This document shows, one piece after another, positions 1-10,814 of a DNA stretch of 59,645 bases (its first letter is position 1; every line of letters starts with the position of its first letter). The notes under the pieces are model-generated. The model saw only the letters and a list, made by a program, of their open reading frames with translations, searched no databases and had not been told where the DNA came from. A program made the translations under genes and the position numbers. This DNA is from Candidatus Eiseniibacteriota bacterium (lineage in GTDB: Bacteria > Eisenbacteria > RBG-16-71-46): contig JBGPFC010000026.1 of the NCBI GenBank assembly GCA_041483195.1, forward strand, positions 1-59,645, given 5' to 3'.

Positions 1-675
1 CGCCAGCGGTGCGGTGCACACCGCGAGCCCGCCGACCGGCCAGCCCGCGACGCGAGTGCCGTCGCCGTTCAGGTGCTGCGCGTAGACATCCGCGTTGGCA
101 AAGCCGGAGCGCGAGTCTTCCCAGACGACGAACACACCGCCAGCACCATCCGCCAGCATCCGCGCCCGGTCCTGATCGCCGGGCGCGGTCCCGACCGGCA
201 AGCCATCGGCGGGCCAGCCGGGGGCGAGTGAGCCGTCACCTCGAACGTGCTGCGCGTAGATGTCGAGACCGTTCGGGGTCCAACTGCGGTAGTCCACCCA
301 CACGACGAACGCATCGCCCGCGCCATCGGGCACGATGTCAAGTAGATACTGATCGCCGGTCGCGAGCGTCGCGGGGCTTCCTGCGGCGGGCCAGCCCGAG
401 GCCATCGAGCCTGCGGAGATCACGCGGTGGACATATATGTTGATGTTGTCGCCGGTGAGATCGCGTTGCCACGCGATCAGCGCGCCTCCGGCACCATCGC
501 CGCAGATCTGCGGAGACGTACCATAGCAGTCCGGGGCGACGCAGACCGGGACGCCATTCGGAGTCCACTGCGCCTGCGCCCCCGCGATCATGGGCAGCAG
601 CGCGGCCAAGGCAATGGCGAGGAATCCCCGAACTCCTGCGCGCCGGCGTACCGAGGATCGAGGCTGAGTGATCAC
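1..675 (-). CDS. Secreted repeat (probable beta-propeller) protein, N-terminal part; runs off the left edge
   Basis: Not in the ORF track. Manual translation from GTG at 675: VITQPRSSVRRRAGVRGFLAIALAALLPMIAGAQAQWTPNGVPVC... Signal peptide, then about 65-aa repeats W..xG.....Q......DGAGG...vW.D.R....DIYAQH. Frame is open to position 1. Confidence 0.85.
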   Translation of the reverse strand, partial: MITQPRSSVRRRAGVRGFLAIALAALLPMIAGAQAQWTPNGVPVCVAPDCYGTSPQICGDGAGGALIAWQRDLTGDNINIYVHRVISAGSMASGWPAAGSPATLATGDQYLLDIVPDGAGDAFVVWVDYRSWTPNGLDIYAQHVRGDGSLAPGWPADGLPVGTAPGDQDRARMLADGAGGVFVVWEDSRSGFANADVYAQHLNGDGTRVAGWPVGGLAVCTAPLA

Positions 676-732
676 GGAGGAGGTTCCAAGGACGCCTGCG
701 AAGAGTCAACCACTCCGGAGGGTCCGGGTGCA

Positions 733-773
733 CAATAATTATTGACATACCGGGGGGGGGGGGAGTCCAGCAT
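733..773 (+). promoter_or_regulatory. Sigma70-like promoter with palindromic operator and G12 spacer tract
   Basis: Perfect palindrome CAATAATTATTG at 733-744 overlaps TTGACA at 742-747; G12 at 752-763; candidate -10 CAGCAT at 768-773. Confidence 0.55.
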
Positions 774-859
774 GAACTGCGTCCGGCATCCGGGAGCTTC
801 CACGCGAAATCCCGCATGCGAACGTCCCCGGAACCGGCCCATTCTTGAAGGAGGCCGCA

Positions 860-3800
860 GTGCACTCCCGGAGCCGATCCGATCGCGCGTTCCACACCCC
901 GCAGTTCTCGCCCTGGTTCATCGCCGCACCCTTTCTCATCATCGCGCTGGCCGGGGTGCTCGTCACGGGTGCGGCAGGCTACACGCTGGCTCAAACGGGC
1001 CGTTGGACCCCGCCCAAGGCGTGGGACGGTATCGAAGTCCACATGGCGTTGTTGCCGGGCCATGGCCCATACCACTCGGAGGTGATGTGGTGGACGGGGA
1101 CCGATGACGAAACTGGCGACTTCATCGGCGGCCTGTGGGGCTGGAAGCCGGGCGAGTATTATTGCACCGGCTTTCCCGACACGTTCAACCTCGCGCCGAT
1201 CTCGCTCCTCCCGCCGGACGACACGCACTTGTTCTGTGCCGGCGCCACCCAACTTGTTGACGGGAAACTGTTTACAGCTGGTGGCACGCAGGGAGGAACC
1301 GAGTTCGGGATCCGGCAGGCGTACACCTTCGACCCCTTTACCAACAACTGGACGCAGGTCGATTCGATGAGCCAGGCCCGATGGTACCCGACCGCGACCA
1401 CGCTCGCGAGCGGGAAGGTTCTGGTGTCATCGGGAAGCCACCATCCACACCTCGAATTCTTCGGGGGCCTGCGCGACGGCGCAGCCGATCCGGCGGACCG
1501 GGCACTCTTCCTTTACGGGATCGGCGAGAACGGATTGGCGGATCTCCCGGTCCGCGCGTCGCTCTCGCCCTCCTCTCCCGACTGGCCGACGCCCCGAACA
1601 CAACACACCGCGGTCGACTACATACGGACCACGTTCATGTTCGGCGGCAGGGATTCGGATGGCACCTACCTGGACCAGTACTGGCAGCTACGGCGCGCGC
1701 CAAACGAGCTCGGGAGCGACTACGACTACCAGTGGCAGTTCCTGAACATCACAGGTTCGAAGCCCGCCGCGCGTCGGAACCACTGTGCGATCGCCACGGA
1801 TAGCCCGCTTGCGCCGATGATCATCTTTGGCGGTGTCGCGAAGATTGCAGGCAACGACGTCACCATGAGCGATGTCTGGCGTCTTCGATTCGTCGGCACC
1901 CCCGTGAACGCTTGGAAGTGGTCTGAAGTGAATACGAGCGGCTCATCCGAATCCCCCGGTGCGCGCTGCGGGCAGGCCGCGATCTGGAGCCCGTCGCACC
2001 ACAGCATGCTGATGTACGGCGGCCGGAGCTCGGCGACCGGAAGCCCCACCGACACCACGCTCTGGCGCCTCGAGTTCGACGACACGTTCGAGAGCGCCAC
2101 CTGGGAGAGCGTGAGCGTCGCGGGCCTGAGCCCGGTTCCGCGCTTCGATCACGCGATGGTCCACGACCCCAGGTGGAGAGTCCCCGATGCCGCGAGACAA
2201 CCCACCGACACGACGGTGGCGTTTCTATTCGGCGGCGATCTCGGCGGAACCAAGTCCGACGAGCTCTGGCAGCTACAGCTCACACCCGCGTTCGCCTGGC
2301 GGAAGCTCGGCCTGGGAGGCTCCGCGCCCTCGGCGCGCAGCGGCCACACCCTGACGCCCGAGGGTGGGGACCACCTGCTCTATCTCTTCGGCGGGTCCCC
2401 GACCGACAGCGCGGTCTACATCGCCCACATCGATTCACTCAAGGTCGGCGAGCTGCGGCAGTGGTCAGCCTACCGCGCCAACGCGGCGGCGCTCACCGGC
2501 CACACCGCGATCTTCGGCAGTCCGATCTACGCGCGGGTGCCGGAGGTGTGGGATCCGGCCGCACCAGCGGACTCCGAATGGACCCGGCTCGACGATGCGC
2601 CGCACCTGCAGCAATGGTTTCCGCAGGCCTTTTCGAGCGGATCGGACGAGGTGTTCTACGCGGGCCCCGACTTGAATTCCTACAAGCTGACGCTGAGCAC
2701 TCAGCAGTGGACTCAGTTCCCGGAGGTAGAGCCTCCCGCGACCAACACCGGCTTCATCGGGGGCTCGGCGGTCATGTACCGGCCCGGCAAGGTCATGAAG
2801 TGCGGAACGCGCGACACCCAGGTGCTGACCTTCGCGGTAGGTACTACGAAGCATATCGATCTCATGCCTCGGCAGCTCGGCGACGTGGGACAGCTCCGCA
2901 AATCGGATGATCCCGCGCGTCAATCACAATCTGGTGATGCTCCCCACCGGCAAGGTGCTGGTGGTGGGTGGCAGCGGCTACGCTGACAACCAACGTGATT
3001 CGCTGACGGTACTGCAGCCCGAGATCTGGGATCCGGACTACAACGGCGGGCAGGGCCAGTGGTCGGGCGACGGGGTGCTCGCGAAACACGCGATCCACCG
3101 CGACTACCACTCGACGGCCATATTGCTGCCCGATGGGAGAGTCCTGATCGCCGGGGGGAATCAGGACGGTGTGAACGCCAAGTACGCCGAGATCTTCTGC
3201 CCGCCCTACCTGTTCAACTCGAGCGGGGGGTTGCTCGCCCGCCCGAGGATCGACTGCGCGCCCACCGCGCTCAACTACGGCCAGTGTTTCAAAGTCTGCA
3301 CGCCCCAGGCGGCGACCATCTCCAGCGCGTGCCTGATCCGCCCCGCGGCGGTGACCCACGGGTTCGATCAGAACCAGCGCTACGTGCCGCTCAGCATCAG
3401 CGCGACCACCGGCCCCGCGCGACTCCAGGTCACCGCCCCGGCGAGCGCGGTCGACGCTCCGCCCGGCTACTATCTGCTGTTCATCGTGGACGGCGCGAAT
3501 AGCAACTCGGTGCCCTCGGTGGCGCGCTGGGTGCGGCTCGACAGCACCTCGGCCAGCTGCGACAGCGTGGTGCCCGGGGGCGTGTCGGATCTCGCGGCCG
3601 AGTTCATCGCGCAGCACAGCATCGGGCTCAGCTGGACCGCGCCCGGCGACGATGGCGGCACCGGCACCGCGACCGCCTACGACGTGCGCTACTCGGGGAG
3701 CGCGATCACCAGCGAGAGCAGTTTCAACGGAGCCTCCCCGGCGCAGGACGAGCCGGCCCCGCAGGAGGCGGGAAACGGCGAGAGCTTCGAGCTCACCGGG

Positions 3801-4895
3801 CTCGCCGCCTGCACCAACTACTACTTCCGGATGCGGACCTACGATGAGCTGTGCAACACCTCGGGGCTCAGCAACGACCCGGGCAAGACCAGGACCCTGT
3901 GCAGCGGCGGAGGCGGCGGCGCCTCGGCGCAGCAGGTCCACGGGGATACTGAGGGCGGCACCGGCACCATCGTGGTGAGCACGACCACCCGGGCCTCGAC
4001 GCTGAAGCGCGCCCCGATCGGAGGTGCCGCGCCGGGGAGCGGCTCGATGCAACCCGCCCCGTTGCTCGCGCGCACCCACGAAGCCGCGACCCTGAAGCCT
4101 TCATCGGGCACGCTGGTGGTCGGAACCACGCGTACCGCGGATGGCGGCTGGCAGATCAAGGTGACGAGCGCCGAGTCATCCGAGGGATCGGACCTGCCGG
4201 ATGGAGCCGCGCTCACCATCCAGGACCGTGAAGGCGGGACCGCGTGGCGCACGCGATCGCGCTACGAATCGGCCGCGGCCGAGGACGTCGTGGGCCTGAG
4301 CGCGCTCCACGATCGAGGCCGCGCCGTGCTGCCCGGCGGCTACGGCCTGCAGCGGGTGATCGGTGCGATCCGCTGCGGCGGCTCCACCTGTGCGCTCACC
4401 GCCGCGTCGCATTCGAGCCTCGGCACGCTCGATGTCGCTGCGATCGCCAGCGGCGATGCCATCTCGCTGACGGTGGGCGACACGCTGAGCCTGACCTACG
4501 CTCCGGACAGCTCGGTGGCGGCGTCCGCAGAAGACTGGTACCTGATCGCGGGCAGGGGGCTGCTCATGACCGCAACGCGCCAGCAACCGGTGGCGAGCGA
4601 GACCATGGCGCTGCCCCTGCGCTTCGCGCTCCATCAGAACCAGCCCAATCCATTCAGCGCGCACACCACGATCCGCTTCGATCTCCCGAGCGGGGCGATG
4701 GTGCGACTCGAAGTGTTCGATGTCTCGGGACGGCGGGTGAAGGTGCTCGCCCACCACTACTACCCGCCGGGCTATCAGGCGATCGAGTGGGATCAGCGCA
4801 ATGACGCGGGCGGGCGGGTCGGCCCCGGCGTCTACTTCTATCGCATCGAAGCCGGCCCGCTGCGGGATCGCAAGAAGATGGCGTTGACGCCCTGA
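860..4895 (+). pseudogene. Copper-radical oxidase (galactose/glyoxal oxidase, AA5-like) with Kelch insertion, DUF1929, FN3 and FlgD-Ig domains; frameshifted near 2862 (or a sequencing error)
   Basis: RBS AAGGAGG then GTG at 860. ORF1 has HLFCAG and RWYPT; ORF2 (2907-4895) has RDYHS and THGFDQNQR. ORF2's frame reads CLGSSATWDSSANR upstream of its ATG, continuing ORF1's KHIDL. C-terminus has QNQPNPF...FDVSGRRV..WDQRNDAG...GVYFYR. Confidence 0.85.
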
Positions 4896-4947
4896 AGCGC
4901 GCAGCATCGCGGGCGCACGCGGTCCGCCATGGCAGCACGACACGATC

Positions 4948-4975
4948 GAACGGGAGGCCGCAGGGCCTCCCGTTC
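4948..4975. terminator. Hairpin between convergent genes
   Basis: GAACGGGAGGCC-gcag-GGCCTCCCGTTC, a 12-bp perfect stem. Confidence 0.7.
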
Positions 4976-5027
4976 ATTCGTACCTCACGATCAAGACTCG
5001 CTTGCGTCGCTCGCGCCGCTCCCGCCC

Positions 5028-8000
5028 CTATTCCAGCGCCACGAGCCGCTTCTGCAGTCGCCCGGCCGGCGTGATCAGCCGGTAGTAGTAGACGCCGGGC
5101 TTCACGCGCGCTCCGCCGTCGTCGGCTCCGTCCCACGTGGCGAGATGATCTCCCGCGGGCAGCAATCCGCCGGCCAGCCGCCGCACGCGGCGACCCTGGG
5201 TGTCGAAGATGCTGAGGTCCACCTCGCCGGGCAGCGCGAGCCCGAAGCGGATCGCGATCCGTCCGCTCCGCGACGGATTGGGCACGCTCTGCGCGAGGAA
5301 GGTGACCGCGGGGCGATCGCGCACCGCCACCGGGTCGGTGCCGTTGACGAGCAGCGTGAGCGCGGACCACGCGCCCCAGTTGCCGGCCGCGTCGCGCGCG
5401 CGCACCCAGAGCTTGCGCGTGCCGGTGAAGAAGAAGTCGGTGGCGATCGTGGCCGACACGTCCACGGTGGTCGCGCCGAACGCGCCGCTCATCGCGCCGC
5501 CGAGTCCGGCGATGCCGGGCGCGCTGCCGTAGGACCACTCCGCGGCGGCCACGGTCCCGCCGCCGGTGAGCTGGTCGGTCACGCGCGCGGCGAGCGTCGC
5601 CGCGTTGCCTCGCACGATCGGATTGGGCGCCGATTCGATCGAGCCCGCCAGCACGACCGGGCCCTGCGAGTCGCCGCCCGAGTGATTGACCGTGAACACG
5701 GCGGCGCTGCGATCGGTCGCGCCGAGCGCGGGCGTGCCGTCGTCGGTGATGCGCACCCGCACCAGCACGCTCGGCGAGTTGGGAACGCCGGTGAGGTTCC
5801 ACGCGTAGGGGCTCGCGCCGGCCGCGGGGGTGATGAGCGCCCACGAATCGCCGCCGTCGATCGAATACTCGAGCGTGCGCGTGGCCACGCTGTGTCCGCC
5901 GCCCACGGTCTCGCTCCAGGCGATGTTGGTGCTCGCTCCCGCCAGGGTCTCGCCGCCGTTCGGCGCGGCGAGCGAGACGGTGGGATGCGCGCGCCCGATC
6001 AGCCACACGATGGTCTTGTCGAGGATGTCGTCGCGAACCGCGTCCGGCGAATTGTAGGGCGGGCGCAGCGCGGTCCATTCGAAGAACATGTTCACCATGC
6101 GTGAGGGCTGGCCGCCCCACATCGCGGTCGATGCGTCGCCGTTGGGGCTCGCGTTCTCCCAGCGGAACGCGCAGTTGCCGGGCGATGCGTAGTTGTCGCT
6201 CCATACGTAATTGCCGGTGCCGCCCGATCCGGTGATCGCGACCTGGTCGCTCGCGAGGCCGCTGCCGAGCGGCTCGTAGACGACGCCCCCGGTGTAGACG
6301 CCCGAGATGGGATCGCTCGCCACGCCCAGCGCCGTGTCCCAGAGCGGTGGATCGGCGAGGAAGGTGGCGTGCAGCGTGTTCGCGAGCCAGGCGGCGCGCG
6401 CCGCGCTGTAGCCGGGCGACGAGGGATCGGCGAGGCCCCAGCCCATGTCGTGCCCAACGGTCGCGAGCCGGCCGCCGCCGTTCAGGTACGCGTCGATGCT
6501 GTCGCGCTGCTCGTCCGAGAACGCCGGATAGTCGTCCACTCCGTTCTGCCAGAGCACGGCCTTGTACGCGCGCAGCCCGCCCGCCAGGTTGCCGACCGGC
6601 GGATGGTCGGCGATCGCGCCCGACCAGATGTCGTAGTCGTATCCCTTCGCCGTGAGCGATTGGGTCCAGGCGATCGTGCGCTCGAAGCCGGGATCGCCGA
6701 GCAGGAGCAGGATGTCGGCGGGGCCCTTGCCGGTGAAGCGATAGTGCGCGCCGCCGAGGCTGTCGCGCGCCGCGCTCCCCGCGAGGCTCACCGACTCGAC
6801 GTCGTAGTCGTACGATTGCCCGGGGACGATGCCGGTGAGCAGCACGCTGTGGCCGAGCACCGAGCCCGACGAATCCACGGCGCCCAGCTCGAGCGCGGAG
6901 CCGGTGCCGTACCAGACGCGCGAGCTGGCGTTGCGGTCGGTGGTCCACGTGACGAGTGTTCCCGCCGAGCCGAGCGACGTGGCGTGCACGTTCGTGATGG
7001 CGGGCGTGTCGAAGTCGACGCTCGCGGTGGCGGTGAGCGTGATCACGGGCGATGCGTCGTCGTAGGTCGCGGTGATCGCGTCGCCCTGCGACACCGTGAG
7101 CGTGCCGTCGTGATTGCCGCTCGGGAGCGGCGAGAGCGCGAGCGTGCCGGAGAAGATGCCGCTCCCCGCGGTGGTGAGCGTGACGGATTCGCCCCCGGGC
7201 TCGGTGGCCGACGCCACGTTCACGCCGACGGTCGGGCCGGCGTTGCTGTCGATCACCTGCAGCTCCATGACGTTGGTCGAGCCGTACACGCCGCGATCGA
7301 GCGCGAGCGCGCCTGCGCCGTTGCCGACGCCGCCCGTGATGCAGAGCGCGAACGGCTGCGGGCCGACCGGCACGCTGGGCGCGGAGATCCGCACCGTCCA
7401 GATCCCGGTCGCGGGCGACGCCGAGCGCACGCACTCCTCGACGTTCAGGTTGTCGTAGCTGCCGCCGGTGATCGAAGAGCCGCCCGAGTACACGTTGCCC
7501 TTGTAGACGCTCGCGCCCTTGGTGACCGTGAGGTTGAGGTTGTTCACGAGCTGCACGGCGGCGGCGGGGCTGCCCGGGTAGTCGGTCCACACCAGCGTGA
7601 TCTCGAGCGGCACCGTGCCGTCCACCACGTTGATCTGGTACTCGATGGCTTCGCCGTTGGCGAGGCCATCGGTGTTGTCCACCACCAGCAGTTTCTTCGC
7701 GTCGCCGGCGAAGTAGAGCACGTCGTCGGCGGTGATGCGGCCCCATCCGATGTTGTTGTCGGGCGTGACGGCGTTCTTCACGTGGTTGTCGCCGGAGTTG
7801 ATCGCCATCGCCTTGAGCAGCGCGGACGACGGCGAGAAACCGTTGGCCGGAACCGCCGCGCCGGTCGGATACCAGCCGTCCGTGAGGTACTGGCGCAGGA
7901 GCGCCACCGCGCCAGCGCCCGATGGCGTCGCCATCGAGGTGCCGGTGTAGTTCGCGTACGAGGCGTTGGTGGGTCCCACCGACGAGGTCACGCCTTGGCC

Positions 8001-9887
8001 GGGCGCGCAGAAGGAGGGCTTGCGCCGCCCGTCGGCGGTGGGGCCGCGGCTCGAGCCGCTGTAGATGAGCGTGTCGGCGAGGCCGTTCTGCACGCCGCCC
8101 GTGCTCCCGCAATTCTTCGCGGTGGCCGGCGAGATCACGCTGGCGACCGATGGACCGGAGTTTCCATTCGCGAACGCGATGTAGTAGTCGCGGTGGTTCC
8201 ACATGAACTGATCCACCTGCATCGAGTTCAGCGTGTACGCGCCCGCAGCTCCGCCGCCCCACGAGTTCGAGCACACCCGCGCCGCGCCCGCGGAATTGCC
8301 GAGATAGCCGGGCAGGTAGAGATCGTTGAGGTCGGGGAAGATGTCGAGCCCGGTGCCGAGCGACGGGCCCCCGATGTCCATGAAGTAGAGCTTGGCTTCC
8401 TTCGCCATGCCGTCGCGCGCGCTGCTGCCGATCCCGTCGTCGTTGCCCGCGATGGTGCCCGCGGTGTGCGTGCCGTGCCAGCTCGAGCTCGAGTTGTCGC
8501 CGAACGTCACGAGGGAGCTGTTCGAGCCCTTCTCGTAGGCGATGATCTTGCGGTGGCCCGTGTAGTCGCCGAAGTCGTTGATCGGCGACGTCGAGTCGTA
8601 GAACTCGTTGTGCGTCGTCAGAATTCCGCTGTCGGTGGTCTCGACCACCTGGCCCTGCCCGCGGATGCCCATGGTCCACACCCGGCGGCTGTTGTTGATG
8701 CCGGTCTGGACCACCCACTGATCGAGGTCGTTGAGGCACTGCATCTGCGTGACCGGCTCGATCCACGCCACCTCGGAGCGCACGGCGACCCGCGCGAGCG
8801 CATCGCCCGCTGCGCGGAAGCGCACCAGCTTGTTCACGCCGTTGTCCGATTCGTCCATCAGGCTCGCGCCGTTCGCGGCGAGCGCGGCGCGCACGCGCGC
8901 GAGATCGGCGTCGGGGAACAGCAGCGCGACGAACGCCGTGCCCGCGGGAGCCGAGCGATCGGCGCTCGGGCTCAACTTGTAGGCGGGCTCGAAGTCGCCG
9001 ATCCACGCGGCGCCCGATTCGTTCGCGAGCTTCGCGCGCGCCGCGTCGCTCATGCGCACCAGATACGCCTGCTCCGGGATGTACGCGAACACCGCGCCGC
9101 CGGCGCGGGTGATGCCGGCGATCGCGTCGGCTCCGGGCGGCGCCTCGAACTGGACGAGGTAGGAGTGCAGCGCGTTGGGATCGCCCTCGTCGCGCGGAAC
9201 CGCCGCGCTCGAGAGCGATGGCGGCACCAGCGGCTCGCCATCGGCCGGCGCGAAGTCGTAGCCGGCGGTCAGCCGGATGCGCGGCGCGATCGAAGCCGCG
9301 GAGGCCGCGGAGGCCGCCGCGCCGGGCCGCAGCGCGCGCGAGGCCGCGATCTCGCCGGCGTCCACGCGGCCGCGCGTCGCGGGCGGCAGGAATGGCGATG
9401 GCGCGATGCGATTCGCGAACTTGCGGAGCGCGACGAAAGAACGCACCTCGCTCACCACCAGCGCGCCGGTCGCGTTGTCGCGAGCCGCGATCGCCCACCA
9501 GATCGGCGTGTCGGCGTCGACGCTCAGCCCGGCATCGGCGAGCGAGAGCACGGGACGGCTCGCGTCGCGCACGATCAGCGCCTCGTCATCCGGGATCGCG
9601 TTCCATCCCGAGGGGTCGAAGGTCTGGCGCGAGATCACCAGCACCGGCCGTGAGGTGCCGCGCGCGGTCTCGAACGCGAAGCGCGTCGCGCTCTCGACCA
9701 GGCGCTCACCCGGGGCGGGCGCGACCAGCCGCGGGCGCGCGCGGTGCGCGTGATCGCCGGGGCGCGCCGCGCCCCACGCGGAGGCGGCGAGCACGAGCAG
9801 GCCGATCGCGAGCATGGCGATCGCGGCCACGAGGCGTCGCGAGCGGGCAATCACGGATGGCGCGCGTCTCGGATCGCGGTGGGTCAT
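5028..9887 (-). CDS. Secreted S8 subtilisin-like serine protease (KP-43-like) with FN3/Ig domains and C-terminal FlgD-Ig
   Basis: Catalytic triad TTDSG / HGTHTAG / GTSMATP; signal peptide; ATG 9887 with GAGGA RBS; C-terminal QSVPNP..FDTQGRRVR..WDG..PGVYYYRL. Confidence 0.92.
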   Translation of the reverse strand: MTHRDPRRAPSVIARSRRLVAAIAMLAIGLLVLAASAWGAARPGDHAHRARPRLVAPAPGERLVESATRFAFETARGTSRPVLVISRQTFDPSGWNAIPDDEALIVRDASRPVLSLADAGLSVDADTPIWWAIAARDNATGALVVSEVRSFVALRKFANRIAPSPFLPPATRGRVDAGEIAASRALRPGAAASAASAASIAPRIRLTAGYDFAPADGEPLVPPSLSSAAVPRDEGDPNALHSYLVQFEAPPGADAIAGITRAGGAVFAYIPEQAYLVRMSDAARAKLANESGAAWIGDFEPAYKLSPSADRSAPAGTAFVALLFPDADLARVRAALAANGASLMDESDNGVNKLVRFRAAGDALARVAVRSEVAWIEPVTQMQCLNDLDQWVVQTGINNSRRVWTMGIRGQGQVVETTDSGILTTHNEFYDSTSPINDFGDYTGHRKIIAYEKGSNSSLVTFGDNSSSSWHGTHTAGTIAGNDDGIGSSARDGMAKEAKLYFMDIGGPSLGTGLDIFPDLNDLYLPGYLGNSAGAARVCSNSWGGGAAGAYTLNSMQVDQFMWNHRDYYIAFANGNSGPSVASVISPATAKNCGSTGGVQNGLADTLIYSGSSRGPTADGRRKPSFCAPGQGVTSSVGPTNASYANYTGTSMATPSGAGAVALLRQYLTDGWYPTGAAVPANGFSPSSALLKAMAINSGDNHVKNAVTPDNNIGWGRITADDVLYFAGDAKKLLVVDNTDGLANGEAIEYQINVVDGTVPLEITLVWTDYPGSPAAAVQLVNNLNLTVTKGASVYKGNVYSGGSSITGGSYDNLNVEECVRSASPATGIWTVRISAPSVPVGPQPFALCITGGVGNGAGALALDRGVYGSTNVMELQVIDSNAGPTVGVNVASATEPGGESVTLTTAGSGIFSGTLALSPLPSGNHDGTLTVSQGDAITATYDDASPVITLTATASVDFDTPAITNVHATSLGSAGTLVTWTTDRNASSRVWYGTGSALELGAVDSSGSVLGHSVLLTGIVPGQSYDYDVESVSLAGSAARDSLGGAHYRFTGKGPADILLLLGDPGFERTIAWTQSLTAKGYDYDIWSGAIADHPPVGNLAGGLRAYKAVLWQNGVDDYPAFSDEQRDSIDAYLNGGGRLATVGHDMGWGLADPSSPGYSAARAAWLANTLHATFLADPPLWDTALGVASDPISGVYTGGVVYEPLGSGLASDQVAITGSGGTGNYVWSDNYASPGNCAFRWENASPNGDASTAMWGGQPSRMVNMFFEWTALRPPYNSPDAVRDDILDKTIVWLIGRAHPTVSLAAPNGGETLAGASTNIAWSETVGGGHSVATRTLEYSIDGGDSWALITPAAGASPYAWNLTGVPNSPSVLVRVRITDDGTPALGATDRSAAVFTVNHSGGDSQGPVVLAGSIESAPNPIVRGNAATLAARVTDQLTGGGTVAAAEWSYGSAPGIAGLGGAMSGAFGATTVDVSATIATDFFFTGTRKLWVRARDAAGNWGAWSALTLLVNGTDPVAVRDRPAVTFLAQSVPNPSRSGRIAIRFGLALPGEVDLSIFDTQGRRVRRLAGGLLPAGDHLATWDGADDGGARVKPGVYYYRLITPAGRLQKRLVALE

Positions 9888-10069
9888 GCGTTTCCTCGGG
9901 AAGTGAGGGCAGGATGTCGGCGCGGGCACCATTAATGAAACCGCGAATCGGCCCGAAACTCCAGCGCGATTACCGGGGGCGGTTTTCCCTCGCCATTCCC
10001 CTGCGCTAGATTGCCCACGCGCCGCGCGCGAGTCTTCGATCCCGAGCCGACCCAGAGGAGGATCTCGTC

Positions 10070-10729
10070 ATCTCATCCACTTCATCGCGGCCGCGCCGGA
10101 ATTCGCTCTGGGTCTGGGCCGCGGTGTTTGCCGCGCTCGCCGTGAGCGGCACGGCGTTCGTGAAGCATAAGGATCAGGACAATCGCTTCTGCATCTCCTG
10201 CCACCTGCACGAGGACTTCTACCGCCACACGGTGGCCGCCCCGCCCGCCACGCTCGCGGGCGCGCATTACGCTGCCCAATATCGGATGGAGCATCCGGCG
10301 GGGGACAGCGCGAAGTGGAACGCGGACGCCTCGCGATCGACCGCGCACCCCGCGCGATGGAGCGGCCACCCGGAGCGCTGCTTCACCTGCCACAGCGGGG
10401 AGGGCGTGGTGGGCTGGTCGCAGGTGACGCTGCTCTCCGCCTGGGACGCCGCGCGCTGGGTGGTTGGCGACCGCCACGAGCCCATCCACATGCGGCTGCC
10501 GCTCACGAACGAGGCCTGCCTCAAGTGCCACGCCTCCGAGGTACGGGGCACGAAGAGCGAGGACGAGACCTCGAAATATCATGAACTCGTCAACCATCGC
10601 GCGGTCAGGATGCCGTGTGTTTCCTGTCACGTGACACATGCCCCGGGCGTCCGCGCCAAGCTGTTCCTCGACGACGCCACGGTGCGCGCGCGCTGCCAGA
10701 CCTGTCACCGGAATCTCGACGAGTCGTGA
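10070..10729 (+). CDS. Membrane-anchored pentaheme c-type cytochrome (NapC/NirT/NrfH-like); start uncertain (ATC 10070 or GTG 10124)
   Basis: Five CxxCH motifs (CISCH, CFTCH, CLKCH, CVSCH, CQTCH) after an N-terminal hydrophobic helix. Confidence 0.85.
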   Translation: MSSTSSRPRRNSLWVWAAVFAALAVSGTAFVKHKDQDNRFCISCHLHEDFYRHTVAAPPATLAGAHYAAQYRMEHPAGDSAKWNADASRSTAHPARWSGHPERCFTCHSGEGVVGWSQVTLLSAWDAARWVVGDRHEPIHMRLPLTNEACLKCHASEVRGTKSEDETSKYHELVNHRAVRMPCVSCHVTHAPGVRAKLFLDDATVRARCQTCHRNLDES

Positions 10730-10814
10730 TCGCCCGCCTCGGCGCGCCGCGCCGCCCCCCGCTCTGCTAGTATCGCCGCTCGCACTTTTCCAGGAACCCG
10801 AAAGGAGTCAGCTC

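Noticed and set aside
2855..2870. Programmed ribosomal frameshift in the oxidase
   Set aside because: No slippery heptamer, homopolymer or internal SD at the junction.
4654..9653. Very long alternative ORFs (1614 aa, 1094 aa) and similar ones at 13543, 26632, 27044, 37482 and 53192
   Set aside because: Arg/Ala/Gly-rich shadow or antisense frames of real genes, expected in high-GC DNA; no recognisable motifs.
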